Part shown: piece by piece, positions 28,058-38,235 of the stretch
Position numbering within the stretch: position 1 is the stretch's first letter
Layout of the letters: the number at the start of each line of letters is the position of its first letter
DNA from: a bacterium
GTDB taxonomy: Bacteria > Patescibacteriota > Saccharimonadia > UBA4664
Direction: 5' to 3'
DNA: 64,000 nucleotides
Assembly: GCA_016699105.1 (NCBI GenBank)
Contig: CP064960.1
Span: 1,138,715-1,202,714 of the forward strand
Program-made: the position numbers and the translations under genes
Notes under the pieces: generated by a model
Database searches by the model: none
Told to the model about the DNA's origin: nothing
What the model saw: the letters and a program-made list of their open reading frames with translations, nothing else

Positions 28058-29095
28058 TTAACTAGATTTTTCCGGCAATTTTACCAGATTTTGAGCATGT
28101 CCTGATTGCCAGGCCACAATATTGTCGGCGGTTGTCTGTCGAATGCGATCCAGAGCCTCAACACTATTATAGGCATTGTGGTTGGTCATAACGACATTTG
28201 GCATCTTAGCCAGTACATCCAAAGCAAGTACCTGGCGGTATTTGGTGTCGGTGATGGCGTTGGCTTCTAGTAACGCGTATTCGGGCGTTACTTGGAGGAA
28301 TTCTTCGCCTTCGAGGACATCAAGACCGGCACCGGCAACCTTGCCAGAATGCAAGGCATCAATGAGGGCTGGTGTGTCGATGAGCGTGCCACGAGCAGTA
28401 TTAACGACAATAACGCCGGATTTTACTTTGGCCAATGTGTCTTTGTTGAGAATGTGCTCAGTCTCGGGTAGGGCCGGCGCGTGCAGGGTGATAGCATCTG
28501 CCTGACCTAGAAGCTCGTCAAGCGAGACATAGGTATAACCTAAATCCCGAGCGGCATCGTTATTGGGCATAGGATCAAATGCCACAACGTTCATACCAAT
28601 GCCACGAGCCATAGCAATCACCTTGCGGCCGATTTTGCCGGTACCAATAACACCTAAGGTTTTGCCGCCCAGATCATGACCTGTCAGATCGGGAGGGGTG
28701 ACGTCTTTGCCGGCTTTGGTGGCCTCGACGCTGGGCACTAAACGACGCGAGACACTCAAGAGTAGCATGACAGCAAATTCGGCGACGGTTTGGTCGCCGT
28801 AGCTTGGTACACTCGATACCGTAATGTCATGATCGGCAGCATACTTGAGGTCAACGTGATCATAACCGGTTGAACGACAAGCAATATGCTTGAGATCTGG
28901 CATTTTGGCCATCAGCTCGGCGGTAGTAGGACTCGTTACATGCATGGCGATTATTTGGGCTTTGGCTGCTTGATCGAAAGTGTCGGCACTGAGACCTTTG
29001 TCGACAAAGACGAGGTCAAATTGCTCGCGCAAATGTGATTCAAAGAAATTTTTATCAGCTTCAAAGGCATCAAAAAAAGTTATGACTGGCTTCAT
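28058..29095 (-). CDS. D-isomer-specific 2-hydroxyacid dehydrogenase (D-lactate dehydrogenase-like)
   Basis: NAD-binding GVIGTGKIGRKV and the catalytic-domain architecture of the D-2-hydroxyacid dehydrogenase family. Confidence 0.8.
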   Translation of the reverse strand: MKPVITFFDAFEADKNFFESHLREQFDLVFVDKGLSADTFDQAAKAQIIAMHVTSPTTAELMAKMPDLKHIACRSTGYDHVDLKYAADHDITVSSVPSYGDQTVAEFAVMLLLSVSRRLVPSVEATKAGKDVTPPDLTGHDLGGKTLGVIGTGKIGRKVIAMARGIGMNVVAFDPMPNNDAARDLGYTYVSLDELLGQADAITLHAPALPETEHILNKDTLAKVKSGVIVVNTARGTLIDTPALIDALHSGKVAGAGLDVLEGEEFLQVTPEYALLEANAITDTKYRQVLALDVLAKMPNVVMTNHNAYNSVEALDRIRQTTADNIVAWQSGHAQNLVKLPEKSS

Positions 29096-29988
29096 GATTT
29101 TCCTTTCAGGCGATCGCGCAAAAAGGCTTCAAATTTGGGGGCGATACTTGGCTCATGGAGCGCTACATCGACAATGGCTTCCAGATATTTTTCTTTATTA
29201 CCACAGTCATGCCATTGACCGTCAATAACCCGCCCAAAAACGGTATCGCTGGCCGCCAATTGATTGATGGCATCAGCCAACACCATTTCACCATTACCGG
29301 CGTTTGGTTGCAGATTTTGTAAGAACGGATAAATTTCAGGTGTTAACACTTGACCCGCCGTGGACACGAAAATGGTGCCATCGACATTTGGGGCATCAGC
29401 GACTTCGGGTTTCTCAATTAAACCAGCCAAAGAATAGGTATTTTGACCAACCTCGTCGCGGATGTCGGCAACACCATACGATTTGGCTCGCGACTGATCC
29501 ATAGGAGCGAGGGCAATCACCGATTTGCCGGTGGTGTTATAGGTTTCAACCAGACTGACGGCTCGGGGTTGCTCAGAACGGAAAAAATCATCGGCGTACA
29601 AAAAGAGAAATGGTTCATCATTGAGTAGATGCATGGCGTTAAGGAGCGGTGTAGCGGTTCCATAAGCACCTTTTTGGCGCAGATATACGAAATTGGCTAG
29701 GTCAGCGACTTGAACCATACGGTCGGCCAACTCATCTTTACCGTCTTTGCGCAATTTGCTTTCGAGCTCATACTGGTGGTCGAAATGGTCCTCAATAGCC
29801 CGCTTGTTGGCGCTACCGACGATAATTATGTCAGTGATACCAGCGGCTACAGCCTCTTCCACCACATATTGGATTATCGGTTTGTCAATGATGGCTAACA
29901 TTTCCTTGGGCATGGCTTTGGTCATGGGCAAGAAACGTGTGCCCAAGCCTGCGGCAGCGATAACGGCCTTCGTAACTTTGGTTGGCAT
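29092..29988 (-). CDS. galU: UTP--glucose-1-phosphate uridylyltransferase
   Basis: KAVIAAAGLGTRFLPMTKAMPKEML is the GalU N-terminal signature. Start at the ATG with AAGGAGG upstream; the track ORF is extended 5'. Confidence 0.85.
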   Translation of the reverse strand: MPTKVTKAVIAAAGLGTRFLPMTKAMPKEMLAIIDKPIIQYVVEEAVAAGITDIIIVGSANKRAIEDHFDHQYELESKLRKDGKDELADRMVQVADLANFVYLRQKGAYGTATPLLNAMHLLNDEPFLFLYADDFFRSEQPRAVSLVETYNTTGKSVIALAPMDQSRAKSYGVADIRDEVGQNTYSLAGLIEKPEVADAPNVDGTIFVSTAGQVLTPEIYPFLQNLQPNAGNGEMVLADAINQLAASDTVFGRVIDGQWHDCGNKEKYLEAIVDVALHEPSIAPKFEAFLRDRLKGKS

Positions 29989-30017
29989 AAAAGCCTCCTT
30001 CGCATTTGATACTACTA

Positions 30018-31136
30018 CTAAACTTGCGTCCTCAGCAACCAGGCTGACCGTTCGAGGGTGCGGTACAACCACGACCGTTGGATCCAAGTCTGGGAAGCGA
30101 TGGTGACACAGTGAGACAGGTCATCGGCAAAGGCGGCGTCAAGCTCGGCTGACAGATCGGCATGCTCGATCGAGATATCGAATTCATCATTGAGCAAGAG
30201 CGACCGATCATCGACGTTTGCAGAGCCAATATGAGACCATTGACCATCGATAGTGAGCGTCTTGCTATGCAATACGGTGGGGCTGTATTCAAATATTTTA
30301 ATACCCGCATCTAGCAATGGCGCATAGAGGGAGCGGCTACACCAGCGAGTGAACCGATGGTTTGTGCGCGGTCCATTGGTGATGATACGCACTAACACGC
30401 CACGGCGTGCAGCCTGTATGAGCGCCTGAGTTATTTTTTCATTGGGTACAAAATAGGCCGTTGTCAGATTGATATTGTGCCGGGCACGGGCAAAAGCGCG
30501 CAGAAACTCGGTTTCGAGGACGGCCGGCCGCTGACCGCCCCGACTAGCGATCGCAGTGATAGATACATCACGATAGGTGCCCGGGGTGGGGAGAGGTTGA
30601 TCGGAAGGAGTCTGTTCGAGAGGTAGCAGTTTTCGGCCCGTCGCGACCAGCCAATTGTCACAAAAAGCCGCTGTCAGCTCCTGACAGACTGGCCCCGTGA
30701 GCCGGCTATGAGTTTCCCTCCAGTGATGCGGACTATGAGCCCGGCCTGTCCATTCTTCAGCAATGCCAACGCCACCAGTAAAACCGATAACACCATCTAC
30801 GACCAAAATTTTCCGGTGAGTCCGGTGGTTGGCTTGCAAGAGATGTTTGACTGTCAGTGGCCGAAACCAAGCAACCTGGACACCAGCCCGCTCGAGCCGG
30901 GTGAGGGTGCGGGTATCCATCGTAGCCCCACCAATAGCGTCGACGACCAAGTGAACTGCCACGCCTGATTTGGCGCGTTCAGCCAGCGCCGACGCAAATT
31001 TGTTGGCAATGGCACTTTTCCAATAAACATAGGTGCAAAAGTCGACTCGCCGCTGAGCTGAAGTAATAGCTTGGAGCATGGCAGGAAATATTTCGTCACC
31101 GTTATGCAGCAACGTAATTGAATTGCCGGTGGTCAT
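30018..31136 (-). CDS. cls: Cardiolipin synthase / phospholipase D family protein
   Basis: Two HKD motifs: HRKILVVDG and HSKTLTIDGQWSHIGSANVD. Start taken at MTTGNS. Confidence 0.8.
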   Translation of the reverse strand: MTTGNSITLLHNGDEIFPAMLQAITSAQRRVDFCTYVYWKSAIANKFASALAERAKSGVAVHLVVDAIGGATMDTRTLTRLERAGVQVAWFRPLTVKHLLQANHRTHRKILVVDGVIGFTGGVGIAEEWTGRAHSPHHWRETHSRLTGPVCQELTAAFCDNWLVATGRKLLPLEQTPSDQPLPTPGTYRDVSITAIASRGGQRPAVLETEFLRAFARARHNINLTTAYFVPNEKITQALIQAARRGVLVRIITNGPRTNHRFTRWCSRSLYAPLLDAGIKIFEYSPTVLHSKTLTIDGQWSHIGSANVDDRSLLLNDEFDISIEHADLSAELDAAFADDLSHCVTIASQTWIQRSWLYRTLERSAWLLRTQV

Positions 31137-32451
31137 GGTAGGCAGGAGGGGTTGGGTTTTTCGCCGATATTGAGCGTGCGCATCCAAGTAAGTGTATCTT
31201 GATACGATTGCAACATAGTGTCGTAGTGCGTGGCTTTGGGATAGACTACTTGCCGGACTGGGCCAGAACTGGTGGCGCACAGTTGCGTGGTCCCGGCAGT
31301 TTGCTGAGAAGCAAGGACGACATTATCGAGCGCTCCAGTATTGATGAGCTTGGCACTGGTTGTAGGGACGCTGCCGACGGCGTTGAGATCGAGCTGGCGG
31401 CCAAATTCTTCGTACTGGCTGCCCGTCCAGGCGTTGTCAGCCAAAACCCGCAAGAAGTCTGGCGAATATACTCCTGCAGGCGTGCGGCCCCAAAACGGTA
31501 TGTTGGTATCAATGCAATGATTGGGGACATCGGTATCGAGTCCGGTGACAACCCGAGGCGTCAGCATTTCGCCCAAGGGGTAGTTGGTGCGGTAGTAATC
31601 GCGATATGAATACAATACATATGGCCCAAACCAATTGATGTTGGCACCGTGGGTGACATCGGCGAGTGTCGTTTTGACGCTCATGACTGGCCCATAACCG
31701 ACGACGCCTTTGATTTTGAGCTCAGGTGCATATTCGGAACAATTTTGTCGGCCCACAGGGCTGCGTGTCCACCTTGGGAGTAGCCACCCGTATATAAATT
31801 GGTCAAGTTGAGCCGGTCTTGGGCGACGGGTAATTCTTTGAGTGCCCGCACGGCATCGAGGAGTGCCCTACCTTCCAATTCACCGACCATATAGTGATGC
31901 GGCCGGGCGACATCGCGCATGCCTTCATAGTCTGTGGTTACAACAGCCATGCCTTGGACAGCGTAAGCAGCTAGATGCGAGTCGTAATTGGCCCAGTTGG
32001 CAATGTGTGGTTGTTCGAGACTGGCTGCACATTTATCGCCGATACCCGTGGTGCCGGGCGCAAAGGCAAAAACCGGTAAATTCGATGTGGGGCTAGCGGG
32101 TAAGTATGCCCGGCCATAGACTGTTATCCAGGCACCCGATGGCGTGCGGGAGCGATAATGAAACGTCACCTTGGTAATGGCATTGGTTATTTGCGGTGTG
32201 AGTGCACCGTAGTTTTCGCGAATGAGTTTGACTACTTCGGGGCTCTGGATGACTTTGACTTCATCGACGGCAATCAGATCACCTGCCTGAATCGTGTCGG
32301 TCAGGGGGTTGCCGGTAGTAAAGACGGCGCCAATACGATCAAAGCGGCCCAAGGCATACGCCGTACCGACACAAGCGATAACGACGAGGCTATAGACGAT
32401 AATGCGAGCGGTATGCCGGCGGCGTTTTGGTTGCCAATTTGGTGTACTCAT
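31133..32451 (-). CDS. Secreted alpha/beta-hydrolase (secretory-lipase-like), with a 1-bp frameshift near 31735
   Basis: N-terminal TM, nucleophile elbow GYSQGG. The continuation appears in another frame (EYAPELKIKGVVGYGPV...). The two track ORFs (31681..32451 and 31133..31756) overlap. Confidence 0.55.
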
Positions 32452-32972
32452 ACATGTCTCCGGACGGTATAGCTCATTATATCAACTTCGATACCGTCAC
32501 GATGGTCTCGCCCAATCCAAGTAAATCCTTGTCGCTCATAATAGCGACGGTGATCGTAGGTGGCCAAGAAGATAGTACCGGCACCTGCTTCGGCTAAATG
32601 CTTTATGGTTCGAGACAATAGACTTAGCCCCGTGTTGGTTCCTCGGTGATTTGGCTCAACATAGAGCCAAAATAGTTGCGCCGGTCCAGTTTTTGGCAAA
32701 GCGCCGATGCAATACCCGACAATATTATTCCCTGAACGGGCGACCAATACAACTCGCTTATCATCGAACCTGGCCTTGAGCAGTTTAAATAGCGAGTGAC
32801 CCGAAATGATTTGGTGCTGTATGTGTGGCGGAAAGTAGCCAAAATGTTGCTTCGTCGCCTGTTCGAATAGCTGTACCAACTGCGGTAATTCGCGTAATCG
32901 AACTGGTGCAATCACGAGCGGAACTTGGGGTGATCTTGAACGACGTTTTGTTTGAGATGAGGCCATTATCAT
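32448..32972 (-). CDS. GNAT-family N-acetyltransferase
   Basis: Acetyl-CoA-binding motif region: RGTNTGLSLLSRTIKHLAEAGAG. Confidence 0.65.
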   Translation of the reverse strand: MIMASSQTKRRSRSPQVPLVIAPVRLRELPQLVQLFEQATKQHFGYFPPHIQHQIISGHSLFKLLKARFDDKRVVLVARSGNNIVGYCIGALPKTGPAQLFWLYVEPNHRGTNTGLSLLSRTIKHLAEAGAGTIFLATYDHRRYYERQGFTWIGRDHRDGIEVDIMSYTVRRHV

Positions 32973-33054
32973 TTAGTTTACCATGAGCATTATCATAATT
33001 TAGGCACCCGCACTCGGACTAGTCAGTTCTAGTCCGAGTGCGGGTGGATTGAAG

Positions 33055-33624
33055 CTACCCAATCTTGCGAGCGACGCAACCAGCGTTCGGAAAACCGCTA
33101 CTTGCCCGCATGCTCTTGATAGATTGTAGCTGTACCGTTCGATCCCCATACGGATATTGTGCCAGAATCACAACTGATCCGCTGGGTGCTTTGGGTCTTG
33201 GATAGGCCCAAAGACCTCGCCCATAGTTTCCGCCCGGTGCCACACTGATTGTGTCGACATTGACACTTCTCGAAGGTGGGCCCCATGTATGGGCGCCCGA
33301 GTGCTCAATTCGAACCACACGGGGTCCCTTGCTGGGTTGGAAGATGGTGGCCTTAAGGCGGACACCGATTTTTCCTGGCTTTGCAGTATCGCAGACGAAT
33401 ACCCCAACAACGTAGCCACCTGGCGCAGCAGGTGCGGCTGACGCAGATGACGTTGTTACCGGCGGTACTGCTTGAGTGGGCTGAGCCAGTCCCAGCACCA
33501 TCGTCAATGCCATCAGTAAGGTGAAAATGACGGCAGATGGCAGCGATCGTTGTCGGATCAATCGCCAGACCTCAGACATGCTTCCTCCATCTGTGATGGT
33601 TGCATTTTTGCGGTTGTGGTGCAC
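33055..33624 (-). CDS. Secreted hypothetical protein
   Basis: Signal peptide plus a Pro-rich linker. No family recognised. Confidence 0.45.
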   Translation of the reverse strand: MHHNRKNATITDGGSMSEVWRLIRQRSLPSAVIFTLLMALTMVLGLAQPTQAVPPVTTSSASAAPAAPGGYVVGVFVCDTAKPGKIGVRLKATIFQPSKGPRVVRIEHSGAHTWGPPSRSVNVDTISVAPGGNYGRGLWAYPRPKAPSGSVVILAQYPYGDRTVQLQSIKSMRASSGFPNAGCVARKIG

Positions 33625-33704
33625 AGGTTCTTGGTGGGCAAGCTCCTGCGATCACATCATACAATTAGACTCGGGTCTGAACTAGTATAATTATGGCGAT
33701 AATC

Positions 33705-34205
33705 TCAAGCCTTACCTTCATGGCGGAGTTTTTGATGGCGAGCATGGCGCGCTTGAGTCCGACGGGCAGCTTCGGTTTCGGCAAGATGTTTGACCTCGTC
33801 CATCTCGACCTTGAGGTCTTTGATATCGACCGAATGTTTGTCAGCCAATCGGCTGAGGGTGCGCATAATAATGGCGATTTCGTGTTCCGCTTGAACGTCG
33901 GTTTCGTAATCGAGCTGCGACCGGATTTCGGCTTTTTGCGAGGCCCGGTTCTGGCTGATCATGACAAATGTCGACAAGAATATGGCTTCAAGTGATACCA
34001 CCATAGTTAGAAGCCCAAAGGGAAAGGTATCAAACGCGTATTGTTGGCCGAAGACGCCGAGCCCGGTTAAAATCCAGCCACCGAACCACAAGACGTGGAA
34101 ATAGACGAATTTGATATTGCCGGCAAACTTGGTAATACCATCGGCTAATTTGTCTTCGATATCCCGGAATTGTTTGATGTATTGATTGGGATTGATCAGT
34201 GCCAT
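33705..34205 (-). CDS. DUF1003-family membrane protein
   Basis: Two TM helices, then LEAIFLSTFVMISQNRASQKAEIRSQLDYETDVQAEHEI, which matches the DUF1003 core. Confidence 0.55.
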   Translation of the reverse strand: MALINPNQYIKQFRDIEDKLADGITKFAGNIKFVYFHVLWFGGWILTGLGVFGQQYAFDTFPFGLLTMVVSLEAIFLSTFVMISQNRASQKAEIRSQLDYETDVQAEHEIAIIMRTLSRLADKHSVDIKDLKVEMDEVKHLAETEAARRTQARHARHQKLRHEGKA

Positions 34206-34656
34206 GGATGAGTGCCCTACTTACTTTACTCAATCATACTCTCACATAGATTCATTAAAGGCGGGTCACGTACGACCCGCCTAGATAGCCACGAAGTTCC
34301 GATCGGTTTCTAGCACCTGCAGTACTCGAAGCAAAAGGAGCAAACTCTACTTTTGCATTTTTTCAATCGGGCTCCACCTCGCTATCTAGCTTATTTGTAG
34401 CATGCTACCCACAGATGCGTCAATAGCATTAGCATTATTCATTTGGCAAGTAGTTTTGTGGGGGGTTTTCTTATCTGTAGGAAAAGGATTGTGGGTGACT
34501 ACTTCGTATGCGATTATATGCATGTTCGGTCTCCCCACAAGCTGAGTTTGGTATGAGAACTGTAGACATTATCCCCAAGCAGGAGTACATTGGGACGGTT
34601 GTCAGCACTCACTGACAGGTTTAGTTGAAAATTCCCGAAGATTTTGGAGATCTGAC

Positions 34657-35112
34657 ATGAGCACATCGGCTTTAGTACTACTCCGCTGGAATGCCGGGGG
34701 CAATCCCCTGGCGGCGGCAAACCAGCAGCACGCCATATATGAACAGCGAGTTCTTCAAGCTGTTCGCAGAAGTCTTTTCACCGTATTGCCCAATACATCA
34801 ATGCCATCTCTTGTGTCATTCAAGGCTGTGCGTGTTGATACTCCAGGTGCCAACGACACGTGTGCTGAACTGGTGGCGAGCGAAGCGCCCGAAATGGTTA
34901 TCATGGTAGTCGATCCCGATGAAGCTATTCCAGGCATCTGCAATGCATTGGCGGAACTAGTTGCAGCTTCGGTCAATCCGATCGACCATGAAGTTTTCTA
35001 CGGCGCGGCCAAGGCCAAGCCTTCGAATTACCTCACACCAGGTCTACCAGGTGTGACAGCCAAGATCGTGGAATCGATGGTGGTAGCCAGTGACGCTCCT
35101 TGTCCTCGTTGA
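34657..35112 (+). CDS. Hypothetical protein
   Basis: 151 aa ORF, first of three co-oriented unknown genes. Confidence 0.4.
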   Translation: MSTSALVLLRWNAGGNPLAAANQQHAIYEQRVLQAVRRSLFTVLPNTSMPSLVSFKAVRVDTPGANDTCAELVASEAPEMVIMVVDPDEAIPGICNALAELVAASVNPIDHEVFYGAAKAKPSNYLTPGLPGVTAKIVESMVVASDAPCPR

Positions 35113-35500
35113 GCGCGCAACGCTCGACCGTATTACCGCGTTGCCCCTGGTCGTCGGTGATTTCTTGGGCACAGCCCAGCAGCAACTGCTTGAAGAAATA
35201 GCCAGCCGACTTGGTAAAGCGACACTCACACCAGTTTCAGACATCGTCGTCGTGCAACATGTCGGATTGCCGCGCGCCAGTGACTTAGCGCTTGTTCGAA
35301 ACCTCGTGCATATTCATCAACCTGATGAAATGGTACTGGTGTTTGACTCGTCGGCGCCCCATGATCACCACGTAACCGAGCGCTTGATGCTACCTCGATT
35401 GATCGTGAGATGCTGGCAGCTGGCTGTCGAGGACGACGTGTTTTACCTGCAAGACTTTATTCGTCCACCTATTGCCACAGAGGCAATTCGTAGAGCCTAA
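35090..35500 (+). CDS. Hypothetical protein
   Basis: 136 aa ORF that overlaps the upstream gene end. Confidence 0.4.
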   Translation: MTLLVLVERATLDRITALPLVVGDFLGTAQQQLLEEIASRLGKATLTPVSDIVVVQHVGLPRASDLALVRNLVHIHQPDEMVLVFDSSAPHDHHVTERLMLPRLIVRCWQLAVEDDVFYLQDFIRPPIATEAIRRA

Positions 35501-35512
35501 GGAGCTATCAAA

Positions 35513-36069
35513 ATGCCTGAAAGTTATATGGCACGTAAACCCGCTGTCGTCATTGTCACCTGTAGTGACCAGCGACGAAATGACGCCCTCAAAGCCTTTA
35601 CGGATGAATTGGAAAAGCAAGGATATACGACGTATACGGTCCGTCAGCCTGGCGGAGCCTTGCAGTATGCCCGTGCATTCTGGTTTGTTGTCGCCTTGCA
35701 ATTGCGGGTTTTTCTCAAGAAGGGTGCACTCTATCTCTATCTCGAGAATCATCCCGATTGCGCAGGTTTGGCGTATTTACGCGATTCGGTTCGCGAGCGG
35801 CACAGTCTCCGTCAACGCGGTATAGAAGACGAGACATCTCATCATCCATGTATGTCTTGCAGCGGGCTGCCAAACGTATGTACCGCGCAGCCTGGTTCGA
35901 CGGATACGATATTAAGGTTGCCTTTCAGCTCGCTGATGGCCCGGACGCTCCCATCATCATTGACGGGAATGGCCCTTTTCCCAAGGGGTCAACTCAGCTG
36001 GATCGGCAACCCTTGAGCCTCAGAAATCGACTGATGCGACGACGGCTCGAATCTGCATCAGCCGACTAA
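35513..36069 (+). CDS. Hypothetical protein with beta-carbonic-anhydrase-like metal-binding motifs, likely frameshifted near 35790-35830
   Basis: CSDQRR and HPDCAG resemble the beta-CA C-x-D-x-R and H-x-x-C-G motifs. The tail of ORF 35513..36016 is low-complexity while overlapping ORF 35758..36069 is protein-like. Tentative. Confidence 0.3.
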
Positions 36070-36127
36070 TTTCGGCTCTGCCACCTCTTTTACTTCCGCA
36101 ATCCAGCGGGCGGTGAAAGGGTGGTTT

Positions 36128-37531
36128 TCATTTGGAGCGCTGCTTACCGATAGAATGTGGTGCCGAACCGTGATCGTACGTGTGTAAATCTTTGGCAGTT
36201 TTAGCCCATTCCGAGATAACGTTGTCGATTATCTTCCAAGATGCCAAGATTTCGGCGCTGGTGGCAAATAAGGATTGATCCCCTTTTAGTCCATCTAATA
36301 AGACTCGTTCATAGGCAGTTGGTTGGGTATGACCGGCAAAGCTCGATGCATAGGCAAAATCCATGGATACGGTATCAGTTTGGTCAGCAAAACCAGGCCG
36401 TTTGGCGAGCAAATCAACCGCAATTCCTTCGTCGGGTTGAAGTCGAAAGACGAGTCGGTTGGTGCCAGCTTCAGGTAAGCCACTATCGGCAAAGGTGAAT
36501 TCAATTTCGGTGGTTTTGCGGTCGAGGGCTTTGCCATTTTGGATGATTACTGGCACACCACGCCAACGGTCGTTGGCAATTGTCAGTTCCAATCGGGCAA
36601 ATGTTTCGGTAGTTGAGGTAGGATTAGCGGCATCGCGTTTATAGCCAGAGTATTGGCCACGCTGAGTCTGGCGCATTACTTGATCTGCCGGTATGGGTAC
36701 AATGTCTTCAAGTAATCTCAATTTGGCTGCGTGGAGCGCTGCAGGTGACCGCCCAGCTGGAGGCTCCATTGTCACCAGGGCTAATAGTTGGAGCAAGTGA
36801 TTCTGGACTACATCGCGCAAGGCACCCACGGGGTCATAAAAAGCCGCTCGCCCTTCGATGCCAATGGTCTCACTGGAAGTGATAGTGATAGCTTTGGTGT
36901 GGTGCCGGTTCCAGACAGCGCTAAACACAGGGTTGGCATTGCGAAATACCAATAAGTTTTGAGCGGTTTCTTTGGCTAAATAATGATCGATCCGATAGAT
37001 TTGATCCTCATGAAAATTCCGGGTCAGCCGTGTGATCAACTCGGTGGCACTTTCCAGGTCGTACCCGAATGGCTTTTCGACCATGAGCCGGCTCGGTTGG
37101 CCGTGATGACACGACCGATGCAGTCCCGCTTCGCCCAAGAGGTCGACGACCGGGCCATAGGCAGTCGGTGGGATCGACAAATAAAACAGCCGGCTCAGAC
37201 AGATACCGGCCTGTTGTTCGAGCTGGTCTAAATAATCGGCCAATGTATGATACGAGTCTGCCGCGGTGAGATCGAGCGACTGGAGCTGCACCATATCCAT
37301 CAGCTGATTGACCAGCTGTGGTTCGACCGTTTGGCCAGTGGCTTGGAGCCGCTCAATGAGATGGTGCCGGATCTGTTGTTTGTTGGGATCGCGCCGGGTA
37401 ACGCCCACAATGATTAACGGCGTGGGCAAAAGGTTGGCGGCCAGCAAATGATACAGCGATGGCAGAAGATAGCGGCGGGATAGGTCTCCAGTGATTCCGA
37501 AAATAATAACGCTGGCGGGTGGTGGCATCAT
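36128..37531 (-). CDS. zwf: Glucose-6-phosphate 1-dehydrogenase
   Basis: IIFGITGDLSRRYLLPSLYHL is the NADP-binding GxxGDLA-type motif. DHYLAKE and the G6PD C-terminal domain are present. Confidence 0.9.
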   Translation of the reverse strand: MMPPPASVIIFGITGDLSRRYLLPSLYHLLAANLLPTPLIIVGVTRRDPNKQQIRHHLIERLQATGQTVEPQLVNQLMDMVQLQSLDLTAADSYHTLADYLDQLEQQAGICLSRLFYLSIPPTAYGPVVDLLGEAGLHRSCHHGQPSRLMVEKPFGYDLESATELITRLTRNFHEDQIYRIDHYLAKETAQNLLVFRNANPVFSAVWNRHHTKAITITSSETIGIEGRAAFYDPVGALRDVVQNHLLQLLALVTMEPPAGRSPAALHAAKLRLLEDIVPIPADQVMRQTQRGQYSGYKRDAANPTSTTETFARLELTIANDRWRGVPVIIQNGKALDRKTTEIEFTFADSGLPEAGTNRLVFRLQPDEGIAVDLLAKRPGFADQTDTVSMDFAYASSFAGHTQPTAYERVLLDGLKGDQSLFATSAEILASWKIIDNVISEWAKTAKDLHTYDHGSAPHSIGKQRSK

Positions 37532-38199
37532 ACTATAGCCTCAGTTCGATCGGACAGAATGGTAACTTGGGGCCATTGTTTGAGCAGTTGGCCGGGTTCA
37601 CTAATCAGTGAATTGTTTGACGTTTCGAGATGCTCGATCACTGGCCATTTGCTCGAGCCCATTGCATATAGCCAGATATGGTCGAGTTGCTGAAGAGCCG
37701 AGGCGGTCAGCGTGATGCGGGAGTAGTCTGACCATTCATAAGCACAGACTGGCTCAGTCGTGCGAGTAGCGGGGCTATCAGGTTTGATACCGGCGATATG
37801 ATAATCAGGGCCGATTCCCAAAACGCCGATGCTGGTGCCATTTTGGAGTACCGGCTCGAGACGCGACCACCAACGCTGAGCGACGGCTGCGGGTGGTTGA
37901 CCGGCCACCAATACGGGCAACATCTGCGCACCAGGAATTTTGAATCCGGCGGCTTCGAGCTGCGTCCAGTTGGAATTGGCATGACCGGGTTCGCCGTAGC
38001 GCTCGTCGATGAGCGTGACCATCAGGCGGTCGAAGGTCAAGCTTTGCTTAGCCAGGAGTTGGGCAGCTGCTATTTGTGGGGCGATGGCTGAGCCGCCCGA
38101 GAGCAACCAAACAACCGGACCATTCGCCAATGATTCAGCAATATGACTGGCAATTATTTGACCAGCAGCGTCTGATGAGTGAATGTCTACAAAGCGCAT
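37528..38199 (-). CDS. pgl: 6-phosphogluconolactonase
   Basis: LLSGGSAIAPQ and LIDERYG motifs of the Pgl/NagB family. It is co-directional with, and overlaps, zwf. The start is taken at MRFVDIH so that it does not overlap galE; a longer 5' extension is possible. Confidence 0.7.
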   Translation of the reverse strand: MRFVDIHSSDAAGQIIASHIAESLANGPVVWLLSGGSAIAPQIAAAQLLAKQSLTFDRLMVTLIDERYGEPGHANSNWTQLEAAGFKIPGAQMLPVLVAGQPPAAVAQRWWSRLEPVLQNGTSIGVLGIGPDYHIAGIKPDSPATRTTEPVCAYEWSDYSRITLTASALQQLDHIWLYAMGSSKWPVIEHLETSNNSLISEPGQLLKQWPQVTILSDRTEAIV

Positions 38200-38235
38200 A
38201 TCACATATGATATCAGACAGTGATAGTATGGAGAT

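Noticed and set aside
33693-33995. Plus-strand 100-aa ORF antisense to the DUF1003 gene
   Set aside because: It lies fully inside the better-supported minus-strand gene. No ribosome-binding site.
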